A stretch of DNA of 64,000 nt, from the NCBI GenBank assembly GCA_965140345.1, contig OZ223197.1, positions 79,481-143,480 of the forward strand, given 5' to 3'. Positions 17,056-28,110 of this stretch are shown in pieces. This DNA is from Candidatus Kapaibacterium sp. (GTDB lineage: Bacteria > Bacteroidota > Ignavibacteria > Kapaibacteriales > UBA2268). The notes under the pieces are model-generated. The model worked only from the letters and a program-made list of their open reading frames with translations, did no database searches and was not told the DNA's origin. Position numbers and translations under genes: made by a program. Each line of letters opens with the position of its first letter. The stretch's first letter is position 1.

Positions 17056-18993
17056 ATGATTACAATAGCCAATCTTTCAATAGAATTTAGCGGTAAAAAG
17101 CTATTTGACAATATTTCATTTAATGTCCAAAGCGGAGACAGAATAGGTTTAATCGGTAGAAATGGTGCCGGTAAATCTACTCTTTTAAAGATATTTGCAG
17201 GTGTACTTAATCCTGAAACAGGGAATATTAGCAAGCCTAATGATTATACTATCGGTTATTTGCCGCAGGAAGTGGAAACAAGCTCAACTCTTCCAATCTT
17301 CGAAGAGGCTGCTGCAGCACTTTCTGAAATAAAAGAAATTGAAAAAAGAATTGAAGAAACAACAACTGAAATAGCTAACAGAGAAGATTACGAATCTGCA
17401 GATTATGCAAAATTACTCGAAATTCTTGCTGAAGATAATGACAGACTTCAAATTTTAGGAGGTCATTCCATAGAAGCAGAAGTTGAGCGGGTGCTCACTG
17501 GGCTTGGCTTTACTCATGATGAGCTTCAAAAGCCTATGAATGAATTTAGCGGCGGTTGGCAAATGCGTGTTGAGTTAGCTAAATTACTGCTTGCTCGCCC
17601 TGACTGCATTCTTCTGGATGAGCCTACAAACCACCTTGATATTGAATCAATCGGTTGGGTGGAAATCTTTTTAAAATCCTATCCCGGGGAAGTCATTCTT
17701 GTTTCGCACGATAGACAGTTTCTGGATAATATAACAAACCGAACTGTAGAAATATCTTTAGGCAAAATGTATTCAAACACAATGCCTTATTCGAAATTTG
17801 TAGAATACAGAGCAATCCAAAGAGAGCAGGATCAAAATGCTTATGCTAATCAGCAGAAACAGATAGCTCAGCAGGAAAGATTCATTGAGCGATTTAAATC
17901 TAAAGCTACACTTGCTTCAAGAGCTCAATCTAAAATGAAGCTATTGGATAAGATAGAAAGAATTGAAATAGAAGAAGAAGATAATTCTAAAATAGTTCTC
18001 CGCTTTCCTGAACCTCCTCGTTCCAGTAGATTAGTGGCAGAATGCAAAAAATTATCTAAAAGCTACGGCGAAAATTTAGTGCTTTCTAATGTCAATTTTG
18101 ATATTGAAAGAGGGCAAAGAGTTGCTTTTGTAGGTAAAAACGGCGAAGGAAAATCTACTTTATCTAAAATATTAGGCAAATTTGAAAGCTATGACGGCAC
18201 AGTTAACTATGGGAATAATATTGAATTAGGGTATTTCGGTCAGCATCAGGCTCAAATGCTTGATGAAAATGCAGCTGTTTTTGATATAATTGACAGTGCT
18301 GCAACGGGAGATATGCGAAAAAATATTAGAAATTTGTTAGGTGCATTTCTGTTTAGCGGAGATGATGTTTATAAAAAAGTAAAAGTACTTTCCGGTGGTG
18401 AAAAGGCAAGGTTGTCTTTAGCAAGACTATTACTACAACCTGTAAACTTTCTTATCATGGATGAGCCTACAAATCACCTTGATATGAATTCTAAAGACGT
18501 ACTTAAAAATGCACTTATGAATTATACAGGAACTCTAATAGTTGTTTCTCATGATAGAGATTTTCTTCGAGGGCTAACTGAACGCACAATTGAGTTTAAA
18601 AACAGAAAACTAAAAACTTATGAAGGCGATATTGACTTTTTCCTTGAAAAACAGCAACTAGCTTCTCTTCAAGAGTTAGAAAAGAAAGACAAAATAAAGA
18701 AAGATGAGAAAGAATCTGTAGGTAATGCGCAGGAACAAAGAGAAAAACGAAAAGCTTTGCAGAGAGAAAAGAATAAAATTCAAAAGCTATTGGATTCTTG
18801 TGAAAGCAGAATTGCTGAACTGGAAGAAAAATCAGCTGTATTGGAAGAACTTTTTGCTAATCCTGAATTTTTTAACGACGTTGAAACTTCGCAGGAAAAA
18901 CAAAAAGAACATAATATTATGCAGGAAGAACTTGAATCTAAAATGGAAGAATGGGCTGAATTGCAGGAGCGAATGGATAAAATAGAAGAGTAA
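17056..18993 (+). CDS. ABC-F family ATPase (tandem ABC domains with inter-domain linker and C-terminal coiled coil; Uup/YbiT/EttA-like translation factor)
   Basis: Two ABC cassettes (GRNGAGKST...FSGGWQMRVELAKLL...LLDEPTNHLD; GKNGEGKST...LSGGEKARLSLARLL...LIMDEPTNHLD), no TMD, Lys/Glu-rich coiled-coil tail. Confidence 0.85.
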   Translation: MITIANLSIEFSGKKLFDNISFNVQSGDRIGLIGRNGAGKSTLLKIFAGVLNPETGNISKPNDYTIGYLPQEVETSSTLPIFEEAAAALSEIKEIEKRIEETTTEIANREDYESADYAKLLEILAEDNDRLQILGGHSIEAEVERVLTGLGFTHDELQKPMNEFSGGWQMRVELAKLLLARPDCILLDEPTNHLDIESIGWVEIFLKSYPGEVILVSHDRQFLDNITNRTVEISLGKMYSNTMPYSKFVEYRAIQREQDQNAYANQQKQIAQQERFIERFKSKATLASRAQSKMKLLDKIERIEIEEEDNSKIVLRFPEPPRSSRLVAECKKLSKSYGENLVLSNVNFDIERGQRVAFVGKNGEGKSTLSKILGKFESYDGTVNYGNNIELGYFGQHQAQMLDENAAVFDIIDSAATGDMRKNIRNLLGAFLFSGDDVYKKVKVLSGGEKARLSLARLLLQPVNFLIMDEPTNHLDMNSKDVLKNALMNYTGTLIVVSHDRDFLRGLTERTIEFKNRKLKTYEGDIDFFLEKQQLASLQELEKKDKIKKDEKESVGNAQEQREKRKALQREKNKIQKLLDSCESRIAELEEKSAVLEELFANPEFFNDVETSQEKQKEHNIMQEELESKMEEWAELQERMDKIEE

Positions 18994-19041
18994 AAATAAT
19001 CAAAATCTTATATTATATAATTGTATAATATTAGTATTGAG

Positions 19042-19075
19042 TACCCTTATGTTGTAACAATGTAAGGGTATTTTC
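19042..19075 (+). terminator. Probable rho-independent terminator after ABC-F gene
   Basis: TACCCTTATg...TAAGGGTA stem followed by TTTT. Confidence 0.4.
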
Positions 19076-19201
19076 GTAGATAAGACAGACTATGTAATAT
19101 GAAAAATAATATTGCTTTGACGTAATATAAAAAATACATTTTCGATTCTTGCTCTCAAAGCATTTAAATCTGTAAATTGCGACTATGATATTTATACAAA
19201 C

Positions 19202-20701
19202 TTGTATCAAGGTATAGAAATGGGTAATTTAACTAGATTTTATAGAAATGGTATGACATCACTTGTTATTTCATTATTGGTTTTGATTGTAAGTGCTTGT
19301 GGTGGTGATGAAGATAATAATGTAAATCAACCCACGCAAAATGTAGAAATAACAGTTCTTTATACAAATGACGAACACGGTTGGATTGATAAAAACTGGG
19401 ATAATGCCGGAGCATCCGGGTTGCTGGATTTATGGAAAAACCAGGAAGGATATAAACCTGAAGGTAATTTTATAGTCATCAGTGGTGGTGATAGTTTTTC
19501 AGGGCAGTCAATTTCAACATTCTCCGAAGGTGAATCTGCAATTGAAGTGATGAATGAAATAGGTTACGACTTATCTACTGTAGGGAATCATGAATTTGAT
19601 TTCGGTCAGAACATCTTCGAAGAAAGAGCAGAACAAGCTAATTTCCCTTATATTTCATGTAATATAATCGACGAAACTACAGGAGAAATACCTTCTTATA
19701 TTTCCCCATATGTAATGAAAGAAATTGCCGGTGTAAAAGTAGCAATTATTGGTCTGACTACAGTAAAAACGCCGCTTGAAACAAGAAAAGAATATGTAGA
19801 TAATCTTAAATTTACTGATTATAACGAAGCTTTGGATAAGTGGGTACCTAAAGTTAAAAGTCTTGGTGCGAAAGTAATTTTACTTTCCTGCCATGTACCT
19901 AATTTCGAGTTAAATGAAGTAAAAGCAAAAGCTCAAGAACTAGGTGTTTCGTTCATCGGTGCTGCTCATAGCCACCAAACTTTCAGCGAAGTTACCAATA
20001 AAGTCGCAATGGTAGAGGCAAATTGCTTTTATAATAAATATGTAGTGGCAAAAATTAGTTATGATAAAACCAATAATGTTGTAACCAATGTAACTGTAGA
20101 AATTAAGCCAAATAAAACTGATAATTCAGATGATAAAGTTGATGCAATCATTGAAAAATGGAAGAAAAAAATGGAAAGCGAGCTCGGTACAGTTATAGGT
20201 TACACAGATACTGAAATTTACAGATACTCCGGCGCAATGCAGAATTTAGTTTGCGATTCATGGCTATATTATTTCCCAAATGCAGATATTTCTGTAAGTA
20301 ATATAGGTGGATTAAGAGCTAGTATTCCTCAGGGAGAAATCACAAATGCATCTGTGATGGATGTGCTTCCATTTGATAATATCATATACGAACTTGAATT
20401 AACAGGAAGCGCAATCAAAGATTGTTTAACTCCTGAAGATGCTATTTATGGCGGAGTGTATGAAGACAGTGGCTTACATTTTATTAGTGGCAGAGAGTTT
20501 CATCCTGATTCGACTTATGTAGTTCTAACAAGCAACTATATGTATACCAGTGATAATTATAAATTCAATCAATACGATACAGAGCCGTATAATACAGGTA
20601 TAAACTGGAGAGTTCCTGTTGCAAAATGGATACAAGATATGAATTCCAATCCGTCTAATTCTTTATTCCAATATGTAGATACTCTCAGCAGAAGACAGTA
20701 A
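19202..20701 (+). CDS. Bifunctional metallophosphatase/5'-nucleotidase (UshA-like) lipoprotein
   Basis: Lipobox LIVSACGG; calcineurin-like phosphoesterase motifs VLYTNDEHGW, GGDSFSG, GNHEFDFG; C-terminal 5'-nucleotidase substrate-binding domain. Confidence 0.8.
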   Translation: MYQGIEMGNLTRFYRNGMTSLVISLLVLIVSACGGDEDNNVNQPTQNVEITVLYTNDEHGWIDKNWDNAGASGLLDLWKNQEGYKPEGNFIVISGGDSFSGQSISTFSEGESAIEVMNEIGYDLSTVGNHEFDFGQNIFEERAEQANFPYISCNIIDETTGEIPSYISPYVMKEIAGVKVAIIGLTTVKTPLETRKEYVDNLKFTDYNEALDKWVPKVKSLGAKVILLSCHVPNFELNEVKAKAQELGVSFIGAAHSHQTFSEVTNKVAMVEANCFYNKYVVAKISYDKTNNVVTNVTVEIKPNKTDNSDDKVDAIIEKWKKKMESELGTVIGYTDTEIYRYSGAMQNLVCDSWLYYFPNADISVSNIGGLRASIPQGEITNASVMDVLPFDNIIYELELTGSAIKDCLTPEDAIYGGVYEDSGLHFISGREFHPDSTYVVLTSNYMYTSDNYKFNQYDTEPYNTGINWRVPVAKWIQDMNSNPSNSLFQYVDTLSRRQ

Positions 20702-20753
20702 AAGCTATTTAAAAAAAATATAGATTTTATTATATAAATTAAGGTCAGCGTAC

Positions 20754-21668
20754 ATGAATGTGCTTGAGGTAAAAAATATCATCAAAAAATTTGGTGATTA
20801 TTATGCCAATAACGATATCAGCTTTGATGTGCCAAAAGGTAAAATCTTTGGTTTACTAGGGCCGAACGGAGCAGGTAAAACAACTATGATCAGGATGATT
20901 ACGAATATTCTTATTCCTGATAGTGGTAGTATTAGTTTATTTGATCAAAAGATGAACTCGGAACTTCAAAATAACATTGGTTATTTACCAGAAGAAAGAG
21001 GGCTTTACAAAAAAGTTAAAGTTATAGAGCAACTTGTTTACTTTGCCAGATTAAAAGGGCTTAGTCAATCAGAAGCTCATAAAAGAGCTAAAATGTGGTT
21101 GGATCATCTAGAAATTTCCGATTGGGCTAATAAAAAAGTTCAGGAACTATCTAAAGGTATGCAGCAAAAAGTGCAGTTTATATCTACGATTCTGCATGAT
21201 CCGGATTTTATTATTCTTGACGAACCATTTTCAGGGTTTGACCCGGTGAATACTGAGGTACTTAAAAATATAATTCTGGAGTTAAAAGATAAGGGTAAAA
21301 CTATTATTTTGTCTACACACGTTATGCATCAGGTAGAACAGCTGTGCGATGAGATGCTTTTAATTAATAAAGGTAAAGTGGTTTTAAGTGGTAATGTTAC
21401 TGAGGTAAAACGCAGCTTTGGTAGAAACAATGCATTTATAGAATTTGATGGCTCTTCAGCTATATTACAGAAAATACCCGGTGTATCGGTAATAAATAAA
21501 ACTGAAAATACTGCAGAAATTGCAATTGATAAATCGTTGATTACTCCTCCTGCACTGCTTAGAGAACTTGTTGAAAAATTAGATATCTATAAATTTGATA
21601 CTAAAGAACCTAGCCTGCACGAGATATTTATAGAGGTAGTTTCTAAGAAGGAGGGAAGTAATGAGTAA
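20754..21668 (+). CDS. ABC transporter ATP-binding protein (ABC-2/NatA-like)
   Basis: Walker A GPNGAGKTT, signature LSKGMQQKVQFISTIL, Walker B IILDEPFSGFD; overlaps downstream permease gene. Confidence 0.85.
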   Translation: MNVLEVKNIIKKFGDYYANNDISFDVPKGKIFGLLGPNGAGKTTMIRMITNILIPDSGSISLFDQKMNSELQNNIGYLPEERGLYKKVKVIEQLVYFARLKGLSQSEAHKRAKMWLDHLEISDWANKKVQELSKGMQQKVQFISTILHDPDFIILDEPFSGFDPVNTEVLKNIILELKDKGKTIILSTHVMHQVEQLCDEMLLINKGKVVLSGNVTEVKRSFGRNNAFIEFDGSSAILQKIPGVSVINKTENTAEIAIDKSLITPPALLRELVEKLDIYKFDTKEPSLHEIFIEVVSKKEGSNE

Positions 21669-22944
21669 TTCTAAGATTATGACTATTATTTCGCATGAAT
21701 ACATGCTAAAGTTGAAATCAAAAGGTTTTATAATAGGTACATTTATAGCACCTGTTTTGATGGCTGCTATGTTGGTTTTACCTACTTTGATTATGATGGC
21801 TACAGAAGATGATATATCGAAAAAAATCTATGTTTTGGATGAAACAGGGATATTATATGACGATATCATTGCATCTGATACAGCTACTTTTGCGAAAGCC
21901 ACAAATACTCTTGAAGAGCTAAAAGAAAAAACTCAAAATCAGGAAATTGACGGATATATATATTTGCCTTCAAATGTTATCAAAGAAGGTAAAGTGGAAG
22001 TAAATTCTATAGGTGGTGGAGGTATTAGCTTTATCCAGTCTTTGAAGTCAACTCTTCGTTCTTCTATCAGAAGTGAAAGACTGAAAAATGCAGGCATTGA
22101 TCTCCAGACATTAGAGGATGCAGGAAAAGGTATTGAAATTATAACAAAGAAAATCAGTAAAGAAGGTAAGGTTGAAGAAGATAACAATGAAATTTTAGCT
22201 GGTGTTGGTTTTATTTTTGGTTTTGCTAATTACTTCCTGATGCTTATGTATGGAGGAATGGTACTTAGAGCTGTTATAGACGAAAAAGCTAATAGAATCA
22301 TAGAAGTTATTGCTTCATCTGTTCGTCCATTTGACATCATGTTTGGTAAAATTATAGGTATCGGACTTGCAGGCTTAACTCAGGTATCTGCCTGGATGAT
22401 TTTATCTTCTGTGGTACTTATGCTTGGATTGTCTCCTGCTGAAACAACTATAACAGGAGTTGATGCACAACAAATGCAACAGGCACAAATGTTATTTGGT
22501 GAAATTCCAATGCCGGATATATCTATTTGGATGATTTTAGGATTTCTATTCTACTTCATCTCAGGTTATTTTATTTTTGCAAGTTTGTATGCGGCCATTG
22601 GTTCTGCAGTAGATCAGGAACAAGACGCACAGCAATTGCAAATGCCTGTTACAATGATAATTATAGTGCCAATTCTTTTCTTAACATCAATGATAACAAA
22701 CCCGGAAAGCACTGTAGCTATAGTAGCTTCGCATATCCCTCTATTTTCACCAATTTTAATGCCGGTGAGAATGTTTGCAACACAAATGCCTATCTGGGAA
22801 ATTGCTATATCTGTAGTAGCTATGATAGCCACATTTTTTGGAATAGTATGGGTAGCAGCAAGGATATATAGAGTAGGTATTTTGATGACAGGTAAAAAGC
22901 CTTCATTCAAAGAACTTTTTAAATGGATTAAACTTGCCAAGTAA
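21661..22944 (+). CDS. ABC-2 family transporter permease (NatB-like), partner of upstream ATPase
   Basis: N-terminal TM, large periplasmic loop, then 5 C-terminal TM helices (427 aa); start overlaps ATPase stop. Confidence 0.75.
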   Translation: MSNSKIMTIISHEYMLKLKSKGFIIGTFIAPVLMAAMLVLPTLIMMATEDDISKKIYVLDETGILYDDIIASDTATFAKATNTLEELKEKTQNQEIDGYIYLPSNVIKEGKVEVNSIGGGGISFIQSLKSTLRSSIRSERLKNAGIDLQTLEDAGKGIEIITKKISKEGKVEEDNNEILAGVGFIFGFANYFLMLMYGGMVLRAVIDEKANRIIEVIASSVRPFDIMFGKIIGIGLAGLTQVSAWMILSSVVLMLGLSPAETTITGVDAQQMQQAQMLFGEIPMPDISIWMILGFLFYFISGYFIFASLYAAIGSAVDQEQDAQQLQMPVTMIIIVPILFLTSMITNPESTVAIVASHIPLFSPILMPVRMFATQMPIWEIAISVVAMIATFFGIVWVAARIYRVGILMTGKKPSFKELFKWIKLAK

Positions 22945-22972
22945 TTAATCAGGAAAAGTTATTTAAATTAAA

Positions 22973-23011
22973 AGTAGAGATGTGTTTAGAAACGCATCTC
23001 TACTTTTTTTT
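22973..23011. terminator. Bidirectional rho-independent terminator between convergent genes
   Basis: GTAGAGATG...CATCTCTAC 9-bp stem, A-run upstream and T8 run downstream. Confidence 0.75.
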
Positions 23012-23069
23012 CTTAGATTTTCTAAAAAAACAGTAGAGTAGTAATGCTTTGCGACTTACATAAAACTAT

Positions 23070-26000
23070 CTACCTCACTATCAGCACTTTTCTTCTTTCT
23101 ACATAAGTTAGAGTTTGTAACTGTATAATATAATACCCAGCGCTTATGTGTGAAATGTCTTTTATTACCTTCATATCTTTAAATTCTGATATATTTTCAT
23201 CAAACAAAATAGAAATAGTTTTTCCGAGCATATCAATTAAAGAGATTGTAGTGGTACCTTTCTCAATAACTGAAAAATCTATTTGTAGAATTGTTTCAGC
23301 AGGATTAGGAGATAAATTTGAAATACCTACAATGCCTTCAGGGTTGACCAGACGCTTTCCTCCCTGTTCGCAGAGATCAGATATCTTTAAGCTTCCTGAT
23401 TTGGTATCTATTATCAACATATCGTCTTTAGCAATAAGTTTATCAAATTGTATAGGGCTAATCTCTTTATCACCCAGCATCACTTTGAAGGGAATTAGCG
23501 TCAAAGTATCGCCTACATTTCTTTTTATAGAAAATTCGTCAGTTGTCAATTTCGCAATATTGCCTGAAATTTCAGCAGTTCTGTCAGATGGTAACATTAC
23601 GTAACTATTGAAACTAATATTTGCAATCAATCCGTCAGCTACTAATTTACTCATATTTTCCGACTCTTCCAGTATAAGCGGCAGATAAATTGTTTCACCT
23701 GTCTCAGCCACAATATTTGGGATAGAGATGGAAATTCTAGGAAGAATTGATTTAATGGCTTCTCCCGTAACGCGAATTAGTTCAGGAGTAGCTGAATGAT
23801 TATGAGATATAGATATATTTACTGACTTATACCCGATAGTTTGCGGTGCAAAAGATAGATCTACAAAAAGTGTATCTCCTGAGTTGAGAATTAATGCTTG
23901 GAATCCGTTTCCAGGAATAAAATCCTGCAAATCTGTTCCGGTTAAAAGTATATCTGAAATTACTAAATTTTCGGTTCCTGTATTCCTAAGTATAGCTATC
24001 CTGCTACTGTCTATTTGTTGGCCTACTTCTATAGTGGCATATTCAATATTGGAAGTAATAATCTCAAAACTTTTTTGAATCGCTCGACCATCTACATTTT
24101 TAGTTATAGTATCATTCTGACATATCATATATAGAGTGGTATGTTTATCTCCTATACTAGTAGGAGAGAAGCTGATTTCTAAATTATGACCTGCGTTTGC
24201 ATCTATGGGAAATGGTAAACTGAGATTTTTAATTTCAAACTGGCCAAAATCTCCATCCTTTAAATAAACTTCCTCTACTATATTACTGTAAATCCCAGTA
24301 TTGTAGAAATAAGTACTAATTATTGAATCATTTGATTTGCCAATAAGTTGATCAGTGAAATGTACATCGCTAATATTAACTGTATTTGTGCTTATTCCTG
24401 TTCCTCTAAGATTTACTTGAGCTGGAGAGTTCAGCGAATGAAAGTGAAATAGTAATTTAGCGGAACTAGGAGCAACATTATTGGCAGTATACCTTAAATC
24501 CATACGGCATGTATCACCAGACTTTAAAGTGAAAGGAGCTGCTCCATTCAATATTGAATAATCAGAAGCATTAACTCCTGAAATTTCAGTTTTAGTTATA
24601 TCAACAGGAGAATTGTTTATGTTTGTAATTGTGATCGCATTTAAGGTATCTTTATCAGTCCCTACTTTGACTGTACCGAAATCAATTTCTTTATTGACTA
24701 TTACAATAGCAGGCTCAATTCCTTCTCCTCTGATTTTACGACGTAATGAATCAGTTTGAGATATTATTACAACATCTGCTTCATAATGACGCACTTCTTT
24801 TGGTGAAAAACGAATTTTTGAAGACTGGTCTTTCCTTCCAGGGACAGTATAAACTGGTTGAGGATTCAATAGTTGAAAAAATTGAGAGTCAGTTCCGTCA
24901 AAATAGACCGAATCTACTCTACAAGGCCAATTTGTAATATTTACAATAAAAGAATCAAAAGTTGAATCAGTATCAGAGTTTATAATTGCTTTACCAAAGT
25001 CAATATCATTACTTGTAACTCTGGGTATAACAATGGAAAATACATTGTCTGAAGTATCTGAAAGGAAAATACTTTCATCTGGAGAAAATTTTATAAGTAA
25101 ATTATCAGTGTTACCAAAACTCTCTTCAAAATCTCCATCAGTGGAATTAGTAGAGCCTCCAAGAATAAAACCATTATCTACTGATTTTTGGCAACATTCT
25201 AATACATCGCTAAAGTTTCCGCCCAGCGTTTGCTCCCACAATAAACTTCCGTTATTATCAATTTCAAAAATCCATATATCAAGTAAGCCATTGTTTTTTG
25301 ATAAATCACCATCATCCGACCAAGAATAGGCAAAGATCATAAAATCACCGTTATCAGACGTTTTTATGGATGTAGGATAATCTTCTCTTGATCCTCCATA
25401 AGACTTTTGCCACTCCAAAACACCTGTTTTGTTCAGTTTTACGACCCAAATGTCATTTGCTCCATAGTTAGAAGTAACATCACCGTCTATTGATGAAGAG
25501 GAGCCTAAAAATATAAACCTCCGTCATTGGTTTCTTCAATCGATTTAGCAGAATCAAATAAAGAGCCTCCATAAGTATTATTCCATTCAATATTTCCCGC
25601 CTTGTCTAACTTTATAACCCAAGCATCCGAAGAGCCGCGGTTTTTGTTTAAATCGCCGAATCACTAGAAGATGAATAACCGCATAATATATAGCCTCCGT
25701 CTGATGTTGATTTTGCTTCATTGGCATGATCATTGTCTGAACCACCAATTACTTCCTGCCATTCAATAGTCCCGGAATTGCTCAATTTTATAAGCCACAA
25801 ATCAAATGCTCCGATTGACTTAGGCACATCACCATCAGTAGATTTAGTTGTCGCCAGGATAAAATAATCCCCCGTCAATACTAGGCGCTACAGAAATTGG
25901 ATAATCAGTATTGGAGCCTCCAAATATTTTATTCCATTCAATATTGCCATCAAAATCTAATTTTACAATCCACAAATCATTTGCTCTTTTAGAACAGTTC

Positions 26001-27744
26001 CGGGAATATCATCTGAATCAGTAAATCCGACTAAAATGTATCCTCCATCATCAGTAAGCTTTATATCTATAGCCTGATCTGATCCTCTTCCTCCGTAAGA
26101 TTTTTTCCCATTCTATTGTCCCAAACAGATCTGTTTTTACCAGCCAAATGTCTCTTTTGCCATGATTGTTTGAAATCTGTCCATCTGTAGAATTAGTAGA
26201 GCTAGCAATTATAAACCCACCATCTATTGTGTTATCAATAGAGTAAATACTTTCAAAAGAGTTGCCACCCATAGTTTTATACCACTCAAACTCAGAAATT
26301 CCTTCTTTTTGGTGAGTAACAGAAACGAGGCATTTATTAGAGTTTGTATTTTTATCGATTTTCCAATTATAATTCAGGTTTTGTTCGTTGTTAGATATTT
26401 CAGTCCAATTTTTCCCATTATCTTTGCTAAATTTTATATCAACAGGCTCATTTAATTTTAAGCCTTCCCATTCAATCAAAGTATCTGTGCCGGCATAAAA
26501 TATCTCGCCTCCGTTTGGAGTAAGCAATTCTAAATACTTTTTATCATTAGCATATTTCGAGTAATAGGAGAAAGTTTTAAAAGAAATTGTACAAGGTGAT
26601 GCATCAATTTCTATTTCAGTAGATTTGAAGTTACTGTCTTGTGGTGTATAGCTGACAGTTAATACTTGAGTTTCATTTTCATCCAGAGTAAAAGATTTTG
26701 GGGAAATATCACAATCAGGATTATTTGTTTTAATATCATTAATAATGTAATCAGATCCAATAGCAGATAATTCAATTGTTGAGCTTGTTTTTATTCCAAG
26801 GGGTTCATCAATAAATGACAGTCCAACAGGTTCTAATTTTAAATTAGAAGTTGAACCTTCCGGTGGAGAATAAGAAAATGTACCCACAGATCCATTTTTA
26901 TAAGTCATTTCGACATTAATTAAACCAGTTTCGCAAAATTGTCACTTTCCCAAACAATGCGACAAGGAGTGAGTTGATGAGAATAATGTAGAATATCATT
27001 AAAAGCTTCTCTAGCTTCAGCAACTGAAGTAATATGATCAAAATATAAGCCACCGGTAGAATATGTGATACTCTTCAAAATATCAGGGCATATGGCATTA
27101 ATTATTATACAATAAACAGTTATATCGTAGTTTTTTGCTCTGTTGATGATAAGACTCTGGTTGCCGGTTGCATCACCATCCGAGATCAAAATCATTATTT
27201 TTTTGTGAGGAGCATTTTGCAATATCCGCAAACCACCTGCTTGAGCATTAATAAAAGCAGCATCAAAACTAGTCCCTTCCGTAGTATCTTTAATATCTTC
27301 TAAGTTGTTAATTGCACTTTTTATTAGATTCTTATTATTAGTAAAATCTTGCTCTAGTTTATTCTCTTCACTAAAGGATGTGACAGCACACTCTCCAATA
27401 TTTAATGGCAACTCTTCTACCCAGTTATATGCAGCTTCTTTAGCAATTTGGAAATTTTCTCCTGCCATAGAGCCACTTATGTCGAATGTAAGCAAATTCG
27501 AAACAGTATCTAATTCTATTGCCTCTTTACAATTTACAGAGATAATGTTTCGAATCTCACCATTTTCTGTAATAGTCAAATCCTTGAGTGAGATATTCTT
27601 TATTCTCTTACCGCGATCATCCGTGGCGTAAAAAGTAGCCTTGATAAGTGGATATTCTGATGAATCAATATCAAGGATATTTATTGATTGACTATTTGAT
27701 TGGTAATAGATTAGAGATAAAAATATAAAGTAAAAATATCTCAT
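23070..27744 (-). pseudogene. Large secreted adhesin-like protein (signal peptide + VWA domain + SBBP-like beta-propeller repeats + Ig-like domains + T9SS C-terminal sorting domain), disrupted by multiple frameshifts
   Basis: ORFs 26920..27744 (signal peptide, VWA MIDAS DISGSMAG...ILISDGDATG), 26051..26908, 25648..25878 and 23070..25418 abut without intergenic space and carry the same ~58-aa repeat (..W..K..GGS..D...SI..T.DGG[FY]I..G.S.S.DGD..). Frame continuity is restored by single-base shifts, e.g. at T5 run ~25506 (GGLYF/LGSSSSIDGD). C-terminus SPNPAETILQIDFSV...ISLIDMLGKTISIL...SAGYYIIQLQT...KVLIVR matches the T9SS type-A CTD. Confidence 0.65.
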
Positions 27745-28110
27745 ATATTTTGCCTATTAAATAATTATAAAGTAACAATATAGTAAAAAATTAAAATAGC
27801 AGCATATAAAAAGTTATAAATATCATTATATACATATTATTGATATCAAAAGGAATTTGAATTGATAGTATGCATTACAATATAAAAATTGAAAAAAGTA
27901 CTTGTAGGAAATTAGACCTAAATAAAAAAAATACAAATGCACTCCTAAATGATAAATTTAATGCAATAAAATAGCCATTAAGTAGTAATACGTAATACGG
28001 GTATGTAAATTTTCTCTAATCGTTATAAAATGTAATGTATATTTTGTATACATTATTATATCATTCTAAAGGAATATAGTTGTTATTTTTCTTTTATTGG
28101 AGATTGCCTT

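Noticed and set aside
25648-26908. Treating ORFs 25648-25878 and 26051-26908 as independent small genes
   Set aside because: They carry the same repeat unit as the flanking ORFs, abut them with no intergenic space, and upstream frames read through without stops. They are fragments of one frameshifted gene.
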